In this document: piece after piece, positions 1 to 21,300 of the stretch
How the letters are laid out: every line of letters begins with the position of its first letter
Position numbering within the stretch: position 1 is the first letter of the stretch
Assembly (NCBI GenBank): GCA_051362555.1
Contig: CM120641.1
Coordinates: forward strand, 33,176,401-33,240,400
Length of the DNA stretch: 64,000 bases
DNA from: Lingula anatina
Lineage: Eukaryota; Animalia; Brachiopoda
Direction: 5' to 3'
The notes under the pieces: generated by a model
What the model was told of the DNA's origin: nothing
What the model saw: only the letters and a program-made list of their open reading frames with translations
Databases searched by the model: none
Program-made: the position numbers and the translations under genes

Positions 1-1078
1 TATCAGCTTAATGCAAAAAAAAAAATTAATATTTACGGAGGTTTGATGAAACTTTCTGAGTTATTTGTTGGAAATAAACTGAATTGCATTAATTTGCTTT
101 TGGGCAGTTGTCAGTTTTCATCTCACGCTGAAATACTTAAAAAGTTGATTGAAAGGTTTTGAAATTGTTGCTTCCTTCTTTCCAGAGAGTACATATTTAT
201 GAATAACTAAAATGGATCAATCTAAAAAAAATGGTTGTTAGAAGAAATGCAGTGATTGAAAATTATGTATAATGACTGTACTTAGTTACATTGGTATTCC
301 TGCAGCATATGGAGAAGACAGATATTACATAAATTGTAATCTTGTTTTCTCTTAATTAAAAATTTCTACCAAAAGTTTCATCATTCCAACAATTCTCACA
401 AAGCGGATATTAAGGGTTGTGCTTTGTTCTATACAGGAGTCTAGTCTAAGACATACGAGGAGTGGAAATAGATGGGTAAAATGGCGTGGCTATCTCAGTA
501 TTCAAATAACACTGCAGCATGATGTGTCTATATTTATATATATACTCTCACAACACAGCTGTTTACTAATACATGACTTGTATTCACTTCATAAGATTCT
601 ACTTATTAAGATTCCTAATGTGGTCTATGGGTTACCATTTTTACTTTGATTTTAGAAGTGTCCTACTACTGTTGTTTCTTTGAGCTTATATGTATTCTTC
701 AGAGTGGTGTTTTTCTTTGCTGGCCAACTGTTTTCTTCTCAATTTCTTCTTAATTTTTTAATTTTTTCAGCTTTATGTTGAGATCAAATATATTTATAAA
801 TGGTTGTAGCAGTGAGCATTATAGTTTTATACACTAAAGTTTGTTAGGATGTAAATAATATTTTGCCCATGATATTGAGGTAGTAAAGCTAATTTTTCAG
901 TAATTGTGTTGCTTATTTGATTAATTAAAGCTGTATTTTAAGAAGAATAATTTTTTATTTGAGGAAAAAGCATGAGAATTTTATTTATTATTTTTGCATC
1001 TTTTTTTTCCCAAAAAAAGGAACCCTTTTTCATTTTCTCCCCCTTTTTCATTTTCTCCCCCTTTCTTTTTGTTTTCAG

Positions 1079-2147
1079 AAGTCGAATGCTGACAGATGAG
1101 CAGGAGGTGACACTGGATATTTTGGACGACACTTCGGACTATGACCCCAGTATCAAGAGCTTGAACAATGTCAATATGGAGGGTGACACTGAACCAGAGG
1201 GCATGGCCAGGGTGTTCTCTCTGGGTTGTCAATCCCCTGGGGCTGCCTCTTCTGATCAGCCAGAACTTCAACCAGATTATGATGATTTTGCCAAGGATAA
1301 TGCGGACAATGTATCAAACCACCCAGAGCCAGATTATGAAGGAGACAATGGTGCAGAGGTTCCGCCAGATTATAATGATGACAATGATGATGTCACATCT
1401 GGCTTAGGGGACAGCGATGGGACAGACAAGCAATTAAGTAGCAGTGATGAGGAACCAGGCTCAGGACAAGGTACAAGCGATCAAGATTCCCCATCTGCTG
1501 CAGAACTCCTGGGTGGTGCTTCAGGGTCTGAAGATATACCACCAGCCGTGGTTATAAATCTTGAAGATCTTCAAGAGACCATTGTTGATGGTGATGAAGA
1601 GAAAGAGGAGACCAGCAATGGAGATAAACCAACCAGCCATGAAGTTTCCCCTTCACAAAGCCTGAATCTTGGAAAAGGTTCTCCAGGGATTGTTGACTTG
1701 GATGATCTGCCAGAAACACCTCTGACTGGAGATGACAAAGCAGAAGAAAAGATCATGGACTTGCCATCGGTTCATTCTTTCCAAGAGTTTGAGGAAGCAG
1801 AAACCTCCTTTGGTGCAGATGAAAACAAAACTGGAGACAAGACAACAGAACCAGAACCCACACTCCCTTCCAAGGTACCTCCTCCAACACCTCCACCACC
1901 ACCACCACCACCACCACCAGCACCAACAGCCACCACAAAAGAGGTTCTGGCAAATGACCCACCAAAATTGAATGGTATCTTGAAGACTGCCAAGCCGCTT
2001 GTCCCCCCTGTGTCTGTGAGCAGCCATGAGGTCAGTGCAGGCACTGTGCCTCATGTCACCTTCTCCGACCATCATGTGACCCCCAGCGAGACCGCGGAAG
2101 GACCTAGCAGCGAGCTGGGATATGAGGAGGACTTCACATATCTTTGA
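1079..2147 (+). CDS. Terminal coding exon of an unidentified gene that begins upstream of the window; acidic low-complexity region, polyproline tract and C-terminal ...EEDFTYL*
   Basis: A polypyrimidine tract and CAG acceptor at 1076-1078 are followed by a 356-codon open frame ending TGA at 2147. The ORF-track N-terminus (972-1078) is translated intron. AT-rich 3'UTR-like sequence follows. No recognisable folded domain. Confidence 0.8.
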
Positions 2148-5100
2148 ATTGATGATTGGTTTTGATACAAAGCAATGTTTTTGATTCAAGTAACTTTTTT
2201 TCAAGATTTGATACAAAGTTATAATTTTGATTTAATTTTTGTCTCTGATTTCTTTATTGTGACTGAGGAAAGATAGTTCTGGGTGTTTGATTGGCTATAT
2301 CTGCAATTTTTTTTCTCAAGTATATTTTCAATAACTGCATAAAGATCACTTTTTGTAAGAGAATGTTAAAATCATACATATGAGGTATGATTCATCATGA
2401 AGGTATAATCCGAAGTAATTTGTTATGATGTTTGTGAAATATTTATGTCATTCTTTATATTGATCAGACGTGGAGTCTGTTTTTCTCCACATATGCAAAC
2501 TGATGTTTTATCTTCTTAATTTCATAATGGCCTTTTGCCGAAATGGAATGTTATCTCTAAAAGTGAAAAGCTCATAGAGAAGACATTATGTAATCACGAT
2601 CATGTTTGACTTCTGTAGTTTGTAGAAAATAAGGATTATAAAATATTATTTAGTTCTTATATGATTTATTTTATGCCATGATATTTATTTGCTTTAAATA
2701 CACGCGTGTAAGCTGCAGCTTAGATCTCATGATAGCCATAAATCACAATTTCAATAACCAAGGTCCATCATATTATAGACAGTGGCACTGTAGCTAGCTG
2801 CCATTCTAGTCAAGACCTACAAGTGGCATAAGGATAAATGTAGGTGAAATAAAGCACATGCTCTTTTTTTATTCAGTGCATGCATGACAGTGCACAAAGT
2901 TGACAGAAAGTTATGTCAATGGTCTGTGTGAAATAATGAAGATGATGATGCATAATTTTCTGGGTATCATTTTTTGAAGATTCGATCTATGCATTTTTGA
3001 CTAAATGTCACATTTTTTGTCTTGATATTTTAGTAAAACATTCCAGATGTTTGTTTATGTGTGGTTTTGTGTGTTAAATCGTGCCTTTAGACAGGTGTCA
3101 TGATCTAGTCATCTCTACCCAATCTTGCCTTGCAGACAAACGTAATACAATTTTGTTAGACATTAGATGTAACGGTGTCATTGTTGTATTGTACATGTAA
3201 TGATGTATTCTGTTGACCTAATTGTGTAGCATTATATTAAGTGTAATGTGCTTGACTGTAGGAATCAAAATGTGCAGCTAAGTGCACCTTTTCCTTAATA
3301 TTGTAGCATATATGTATATTTCTTTACAATTTTTTCATTGATTTATACGCTTTGAAAGGTTGCAATGCAACCCCTCAGAATGCTCCAGGTTTAAACCTAT
3401 AATTATTTATTTTCATCATTCAGATGGTACTTAAATTCTACCAGACTTAATCAGGATTTGGGAGAATTATACTGTACAATGGTTACAAATCCAGTCTTTT
3501 TGCAGTGGTTTAATTGAGATCTACTCATTGATTTCAGGCTACTCCACCAATTCCTATGCCAAAAGATGTATAAGTCTTAAATAAGAGAAACTCTCAGGTC
3601 TGCTTCTTTGATGGTGTAGTGCCTACTTTATCAGAAAAAAAATTTAGCAAACATTACTAGGAATGAGCTTCCCAAATGTAGCTGAATGCAAGGTACAATT
3701 CACAGTTTTCACAAAAATATTTGAAGAATGTGTAGGTTATGTCATTGTGCATAAGTATTGGTTATGTTACAAAGGTGCGGATATCTTTTTTTATCTATAA
3801 GTAATTTTATAGTATATGATACTATACATTTATTACATCTTAAGTTGTTTGAAAATGACAGTGCCAATGAGATAAATATTGCAGCGTCTGCTATGATGTG
3901 AGCGGTGATAGATTTGCTTTTTTGCACCACCACGCCGATAGAGGGTCGAAGGGTTTATTTATTTTTGGGAAATAAAATGTGCCTAAATGAACGGTACGTG
4001 TCTCGGATTAATGTATTATTGATTTATGCATGAGAGTTTTCGTTGTAAAGGGTATGTATGTTGGTCTTCATCTGCGTTTCTATGGACAATACGCTGCGTT
4101 TATTACAATGTATTTTCATTTTTAAAAATCGGTAAAAAAAATGAGCGCATAATGAAAACAACCGTTTATTTCTATAACTGATGCTAAATGAGTACTAACA
4201 AACGTTGCAATGGCATAACAGGAACTTATTTTGATTCTCTAGTTTGGTGTCGTCATGTTCGCACCGTTACCTATTCGTATATGTCAACTTTTCGTCTGCG
4301 CATTCGAAGAGCTGTCCACTTTCAGTATAAATAAATGGGGTGAAAAGGACAAAATGTTCAAACTTAATACTGCAAAATAATTCGCAGAAATTGAATTACA
4401 AACTTAACCAGGTACAAAGTGAAAAGGAACTACTAAAAGAACCGAATATTTCAATCCAATTCCGCTTGAGCTTAAGTATTGACACAAGTATGTTGGTTGA
4501 AGGAGCTATAAAGAAAGACCTCGAGTACCATTTGAGGAATATAAAAGTGATGACAACAAAAATGTTACTTAAACTGACAAATAATTTGAAGATGGTTTAT
4601 GTCTTTTTCCAGTTGACCCAAAGACAGTTTTATCTACTACTGGTATCAGCAAGCGCCCGTCCCATCCTCTCGGTGTCCTCAAGTTTTGAGCGCTTCATAT
4701 CCCCTTGTGCGCCCTGCAAACACGGGAAATACCTTTGTTTAGTTCTTCCTGCTAAACTCAATTCCTCCATTATATTTACTGCATTATTTGCAGCATTGCT
4801 ACTCTCGGATGGACGGATTTATTTTTTACATCTTGATATATAGGCTACGGAAAAATATTTATTGCTTTTTGTCCTGGCATGTTTAAAACTTATACGCATT
4901 TAATAATACATTCTGAATAACGAAAGGTCTCGTTTGCATTTCAGATGGACGTCGTTTGCTTGGCATAAAACGAGGCTCTAAAAATGTTTGTTAAAATATG
5001 CGTAAGGCCTTGCCCTGATTCACTACATGTATATGGTCTATATGCCTCACCTATTTAAACCGATAACAGTTTATATTTCGCCACACTCCCATTCCCCACT

Positions 5101-5860
5101 AGAATATACAGGTCTAAACTTTTTTGTTGTAATGTGGTTAAGTGCACCTTTATCGATTATATATGAGATTGATTTCATTGACACAACCGAACGATTGTGA
5201 CGCTTCTAAAGTAGGCTACCGCTGTCACCAACCACTAAATCTCTCCTCTTGTTTCTGTACATATGAGATCAATTAAATTCTTCCAGCTGTCAAGATGATG
5301 TTTTAGGGGTAACTGCATCTAAATCTTTTATATATTCTATTAGTTTAGCAAGACAACCTTCGTGTAGACACTGGATATGGGGTACAACGTACAGGTGGAG
5401 GTTTTTTGCAAAAATAGCCAAAGTAATGCCTTCTAATTTCTATGGATATATATAGGCACATGATATTTACCCAAAAGTTCGTTGTGCATGATGGCCTTTT
5501 ATTTCAATTTTAGGGTGGAAAGTTTCCTCTGCCCATATTCAGTGTTTGTCTTGCAAACTAGTCATTGTGCTGTGGTCAAAAGATTTACAACCATAAAACA
5601 AGGATAACATATTAGCACTAAAGTGCTGCCTAACGCCGTCTCAAAATATTGGTATTTTTGCAATTGGCACTCTATGACCAGTAACCTCAGAGAAGCTTAA
5701 TCGTTTGTTTTTGTAATTTCCAACGTAATCTGAAACCCACAGGAAACGAAGAAACTACTCTGAAATACAGCTAATAAAATCAAATAAACTCTACTTCATT
5801 ACGGTGGCCCATATTGGCCAACAATAACGAACTGTTGACTGCCTCATATTGCCCGGTCCA

Positions 5861-14499
<8,639 letters not shown>

Positions 14500-15514
14500 G
14501 GCTTAATCCAAAAGCAAGGGTTTGATAGAGTCCAGGGCCATCAGCGCCTAAACCCTCAGCAGGGACGGACGTGGAGAGACGTTCGGTTGACAGTGAGGAT
14601 GACAGCAGAGAGAAAGTCTTAACCTCGGCGTTATCTTACTTACGTGGCTGCACTGTATACGGATTGGAGACCCGTATGCTTGTGAACCAACAGGTGCGCC
14701 GGCTGATATCACAAACAAGCTTTATTAACCACGTGATTACCAGCAAATTTACAAGTAGGCCACTTTCGCGAATCGATTTTTCTGAACATATGGACAAATC
14801 TTAGATTACGGTGTGCAGGCATCTGATCAACATAGATTCTTGGACAGATCAAATTATGTCGAATTATTTTCTTCAATGTAAGTTGTGTTTTGGCTATTCC
14901 GTTTGCCTGTGCTGATTTGTCACACGACTTTACTGATTTTACGCTGCTTGCATGGCTTTAAGACTAAAACAGAACAGACTTTACGCAACTAGATGAAATG
15001 TCTTCTCTGTAATTTATTTTCCACCTAAAAATAAGAACTCGTAGCAGATCCATTAATAACTGTCGTTTAGCATAACTTTCAAAGTATCTTCGGACCGATA
15101 TTTTTCTCAAGCTTTGAGCACACAACATTCACATCAGACTAGCTTTACAACCCTAATTAATTTAGCTAATTGATCTCCTTTTGTGATTTCTAACATAAAA
15201 TAGGACGAGCAGGCTAAACAAAAAAAAAAGGTTCCTCAAGGATATAAATAATTCAAATCCATCAATCTCTAAATCCACTTCTTACGTCTTTCTACCCAAG
15301 TTGGACATAACGTTTCTGCAGCAGGGAAAGGAAAAAACGTTTTTGTAGTCATTGCGACTGTTCACGATGCGATAGCTGTGTCCCATCATAGTATTCTGTA
15401 CTACGTTATCCAACCTCTAACACAATCTATGACAAAAAAAATCAAGAAGTTAAAGTTAGGTCACACTATCCGACCCCAAAACCTGCGTAGCAAAAGTAGG
15501 ACCCCATTTGCCTC

Positions 15515-15818
15515 CTAGGGACCATTCAGAGTGAGCTGGTCCACGGCCCAAATAAGGTGTACCTACATAAAAGGAAGACCGCTTAATCTTGTAATGGTCT
15601 TTCCGCCTCTTTCACACCTCCCCACACGTCGTCCCTCGACCGTTCGAATTGAGAGGATATTTAATTAATGTGTCCCTGCAGGTACGACGCTTGGGGAGGC
15701 GTGAAAGAGGCGGAGAGACCATTACATGATTAAGCGGTCTTCCTGTCATGTAGGTCCGCCATATTTAGGCCGTGGACCAGCTAGCACTCGGCTCTTCTCA
15801 TTCTGAATGGTCCCCTAG
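15515..15818. mobile_element. Fold-back / MITE-like element with long inverted arms
   Basis: The left arm (about 15515-15636, ctagggaccattcaga...gctggtccacggcccaaata...ggaagaccgcttaatcttgtaatggtctttccgcctctttcacacctcccca) is the near reverse complement of about 15680-15818. The spacer is about 43 nt. A related copy lies at 21180-21444. Confidence 0.85.
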
Positions 15819-15979
15819 TGAATGGTGTGGCCTGAAGTAGAGCGCCTCACTTAAAAGTTTGAGTTGAATTGGTTTATTATATTTTGTCTGATTCAGCGCT
15901 TAGACTGCATATGGCACATTAACTAAAATGTATAGGCCTACATGATATCCTGAATACAGTTAATTGAGATTGGTTTGGT

Positions 15980-18353
15980 TTACGGGCAGTTCAGTACGGA
16001 ACCGCAGTGCTCGCATACTTTCTTCTCAATGCCATTTTTCTCAGGTTGGGCAGGTAGAGGGGTGACTTCATCCGATGTCGCATCTGCGCTAACTTGCTCC
16101 TTGGCAGCCTCATCTTCTAGAGTTAACTCAAAAATTTCTTCGATTTTTGAATCTAGAGAATTTTTCTGGTAGGAGCGTAAGTAACGCGAAGGTCGGAATG
16201 GGATCCTAGACGAATCGACGTCCAGGCTGAGCTGTTTGGACGCCTTCTTCAACCGCTTTCGAGGTGACAGCGGCAACAGTCGCGTGAGGTCCCGGTCGCC
16301 ATATTGCTGAAGAAACTCCACCTTCAGATCAGCACTATCAAACAGTGCTGCAAAGCTACCATTGATGAACTTGGGAGACATGGGGACGTTGAATAGCAAC
16401 AAGCTCATCCCAAAATCTTTTCTATTCTTTGCCTCCATGTTTGGTAACATTTTCTCTGCCTCTCCGTTGACGTGAAGAAGGACCGGTGCCTCAGGCGCCT
16501 CCTGCAAGATCTCATTGGCTGTTGATCGTATAATGGTCCAGTCCCGCAGAATGTCATCCTCCGTTGTATACTGAGAGGTGACCGTGAACCGGAGCACGTA
16601 CTGCCCCTTGAAGGTGGCGGGGACCATGTGGAGCTTCCCTCGAGCGTTGATCTTTTTCAGCAGGTGCTCAGTTAGCACGTTGTCGCCCTGAAAGACGTCC
16701 CATCATTTGTTATGCCTATCCAAGGGGATGCTGGCATTTAGAATTACTGCGTCATTGCAAGATTTTCACTCATAGATCTATTAAATGTTTATACATGTAT
16801 AGGCCTATAGAAAAGATTACAAAAGATGGGTTAGAAAAGATCTAGAGAGTGAATACAAGCGGCTTTAAAAAAACTGATAACTTATACTTCTTATTTGACT
16901 GCCTTTTCACAGACTTGCCTTTAATCGGAAAACCACTAGTCCAAGGATTCGTTCAGAAGGTATCTCAAACCGTGGATCTTGTCGAACCAAACGCTCAAAT
17001 TTCATTCCGAGGCGGATACCCTGTTTTCGAAAAAAATTGAATAGCAAGAAACGATGGAAGCAATAAATCAAAATGAAAATTCTGATGATATGAAAAGTGC
17101 AACAAGAAGTAGTTTTATGGCTTGATTGCATACGTGTTTGAAAAAAAAAACTGTGAAATACAGTTGTTGCTCTGTGCAGTTTTTAACTTTAAGCGCTCCT
17201 TACAAACATTCAATCATTTCTGTCACAATAAAACCGCGTTAGATAAGAGCATAATTAACGTCTGCTGGATGTAGTCTATGTTATAACTATATGAGGCATT
17301 ACCATTAAACAACCACATGACGTCATACCTTCCGCACGTGTTGTTGCAATCCTTTGACCCCAAATGACCTTATCACGAACCACAACTTGAGTGCTCGAAA
17401 TCGTCTGCTCAACGCTATCTGCCAGTGCTGCACAAATAAGGAATTTGCATTGTCACCAAAATCAAATTTACATAGTGATACTGCACCATAAAACGAAGTC
17501 ACTGGATGTAAAGATGCAAACCTATTGCCCGTGTTGACTACAAACCGTCCTTAAAATCAATATGTAAGAACCGACTACAAGATTCAGTGAATATCTCAAG
17601 AGACATCAGAGACATCAAGAGACATCAGGAGCAATGTAGACAACATTGACGATATGCACCCACTTTTGAAACACAATTGCTACATTTGCACGATTCTATC
17701 GCATTGCCCAAGACAATATACTAGGACACTTTTTCAATCTAAGAAGTGCCTTTTTCAGTCACATTACGACCTTCACTTACCATGTAATCTATGGCAGCTC
17801 CTATGTTTGCAAGCAAAAATATACAAAAGATTCACGAACTGAATACTAATTCAGTGGTTAAACATAGGTTTGTCCAGATTTAAAATATCCAAAAACGCTT
17901 CGTCAAGTTTTTCTACCAGCATTTTAAGTCACCTGTACGTTACTTCTTTGATAGATTATTTCATCAAAACGTTTACTTTTACGGGGTACAAAGGATTCAT
18001 CATTACCGATTTTTTACATACACTCTGCATAATTTGCCATAATTTTACCAATTTAGCCAATTTTACCAAGAGTAACTTTAATGTGATTTCATTCATAAAC
18101 AAAAACAACAAATACGTTGAATTGGTAAAGAAATATAAGTTAAACGTGGTGTCAATTTCAACACTGAAAAACAATATACCTGTGTTTTCATGTTGAAGGT
18201 ATATGGGTTCTACGTTGAAAGTTCTATGGAGAGCACCGCTATTCTTCACCCTGCAATATAGGAAATAGTATCACGCTGGTACATGAATTTGCAACTGTTG
18301 ACTAGTGTATGAAACAAAAAATTAGAATACAACTGAATTTAATAACGTATCAA

Positions 18354-18389
<36 letters not shown>

Positions 18390-21300
18390 CCACATGGCTG
18401 TGCAGTCGAAGTTAACCATCATCCACTTAGAGGGGTTAAAGGCAAAGGATTCAGCGTACTCTACGCCTTTAAGATAATGTCTGTACTCCGGGCACAGAAA
18501 CGCAGTGCCAGCATACGCTGCGTCTATGTGCATCCACATTTCTTCCTTCTCGCCTGAAATTATGTTTGAACACTTAATATCGACAAGTTGAAAGGACACA
18601 ATGAGTGTTGGAATTTTACATAACAAAACTACAATTTTTCCGGAGATTTCGACAAAGCCATTTACGGAAATACAGTCCATAAACTGTTTTAAGGCTCTCA
18701 TTATGGAGTAAAATACTGGTGAGTTTCAATGGTGACGAAAAAATGAGGCATTTCAAAACGGGTTAGTAGTTAAAAAACGGGTTAGTAGTTCGCAATATTT
18801 TGTGTAGTATACACCTTTGGTGATAAAAAGAAATTTCCTGAAATTGCCAGAATTTTTTTTTCATTTTTCAATTTTTGCTACAACTGTATATAAGGGGCGT
18901 TACGCACACTGTATGCCATTAACGAGTAAAAGGGCTACAATTTGCAAAACAACTTTTCTCCATTTCTGAAATACTAAATCTTACAGGAAGTGAAACTACA
19001 ACTAATAATAATAATAATAACAATAATAATAATGTAAGTTACTGTTTATTTAGCTTAAACCAAAATTAAAATAACCATTCAAAATTTTACACAGAGGTAT
19101 TTAGAGCTTGAATGCTAATACATGTAGTGTTGATAAATATTGTAAATTGTTGAATACATCAACAATATCATTTGGGTTTTTATTTTCATCCCCCCCTTGA
19201 CACCCCCCCCCCCCAAAAAAAAAATAATAATAAATAAATAAATAAATAAACGGCAGTTTAAAAGATGCGATTCGTAAAATACTCAGCATGTAAGGCATAC
19301 TCAAGAAAGCCTAAGATTACGTATTCTTTAAGTGTAATTAAGTTTACACCAGAACTTCCCCTCACAGTGGGACCTGAATTGAATTTACAATCAGTTCAAA
19401 TTAAATTAAACAAGTTGCAAATAGTTCAATTTCGTTTACTTTGTTTAAGTTGCCCTATCCGTCAACAATCTGTAAGAGATGCAACTCAAAGATGTACAGA
19501 GACAAAACCATTATCTAGACACTGCAGCTTGTTTAAGTTTATCAGTATATCTGGCAACCGTCCTTAGAATAATAGTTAAATGCAAAAAAGCTCCTTTTTT
19601 GTGTTAGATCAATTGGACTAATGTGATTATAAAAAGACATCGTAGCTTTGATTTCTGTGACGTCGGATAAAACACGAAGATTTCTGGATAACGCATCTTT
19701 GGAAGCGAACGGTTAAGTTTGAAGAAAAATCTTGAAGTTTGAATTATAAATAACAAAGTTAAACAAGAAACTTTTGCATTGGTGATGTGATCTGTTCACA
19801 ATGATTAACTTACATACAGGTCCCAGCTCTTCCAGGTTGTCAAAGTTGCATGCACCTGTTGTTCCCAATGTGGCACAAACCTAGAACAAAAAAGTTATTA
19901 CATTACAATTCAGAGGACTTGGCCCAATATTGTAGAAATGACCGACAAATATAACATCAAAAAAGCTAAGCTGTTCCAAAACTTTCAGAAATGGGTTGTA
20001 AATAAAATGTATATATTTGTTTGGACAAAAAACCGTAAAACCGTGGTTTAGAAATATCAACTTTAAAATACCTTAACTATAGAAGCTTAATTAAGCACCA
20101 GGGTTCGAAATCAAGCACGGTGACTTAAAATAGCGACAGATGGTTTGCAACGAATTTACGTTGGAATGGCTGGAATCTAGAAACGGTCTGGAAGATGTGT
20201 TTGGATGCAGTGGTTTGAATAAAGGTGAAGTTGACATTTTAAATTAAGGGATAGGATAGAAAAGGCGATCATAATCTAATACTTTGTCTTTGAAACTTGG
20301 TGTTCATAGCTTCTTTTAACGACTGAACTGCGGGATCCCCAGATAATGCGCCTTAATTTCTATAGCCTGACAATTTTTCTCCTTCAATAACGTTGCAAAC
20401 TTGCAAACAGATATACGAAAAAAGGAGATCTGAAATTCAATAGAACTCGGCCTCTCTTCACACTCCCTGCCTTATACATAAAGACGGGGAGAAACACCGC
20501 CGGTAATTTTTTACACTCCAATTCCCGCGAGATGTAATATAACGGTACGTGGTGTTATTACGCGAAGAGAAATAGAATCATCGCCCAAGAAATTCTAGGT
20601 TTACGCGAAGGAAATCCATTAGAGAGACATCTGTGAAAATGATAGGCTAAATTACACACAATACCATTTGGAAATGCTTGTGACATGTACCAGTCTTGTC
20701 GACTGGGTGCCTTGGGAATTTGACTGAAAGAGTTAATGATTGAAATGGATATAGCTACACCGAAATGTATAGTTACTGTTTAGCAAAAAGAAGCCAGGAT
20801 GAAGTATATTATGGGGTATTTATTTACTCTCATGAACAGTGTTTGTTTACTTGTAATGAAAAGGGTGAAATGGTGTAGACTGGCCAGCTGTTTTCAATAT
20901 TCATCATAAAATATTAATCTAAACTTGTGTTTGATGTAAGATGATTTACACCAAGCAGGACAGAAGAAGTTAAAATTACGAAGTAGAACATGATGGTTTA
21001 TCATAAAGAAATTTTAAGTGTCTCATATATTGCACAAATTGAAAAGTAGGATAGCACACATATACAGACTGCATATAAAGACTGTAAGTAAACGCCCTTT
21101 ATATTACAAAATAAAACATCAAATTAAGGCCAACCAACCCTTTCTGTCTTAGCAACATTCTAAGTAATATTTATATCACTATGGGGGCATTCAGCAGCAA
21201 GCTGATCCACGGACTAAATATGGCTGACTCACTTAAAAGCAGCTCCGACTAATTACCTGATGGTCTCCCCGCCTCCACACGCGCCGTTGCTGCAGGGGCC

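Noticed and set aside
437-475. Candidate 39-nt exon (ESSLRHTRSGNRW) of the first gene
   Set aside because: It has AG/GT ends, but its only open frame ends in phase 0 whereas the 1079 exon needs phase 2, so it cannot be joined without further evidence.
972-1078. Hydrophobic N-terminus of the 391-aa ORF resembling a signal peptide
   Set aside because: It is the translated polypyrimidine tract (including an 18-bp tandem duplication) of the intron.
1653-2216. Overlapping ORFs with poly-W, poly-V, poly-G and poly-H
   Set aside because: These are alternative-frame or antisense readings of the (CCA)n polyproline codons.
4340-4843. 167-aa plus-strand ORF
   Set aside because: It has a GTG start, no recognisable motif and no splice context; likely a chance ORF in AT-rich DNA.
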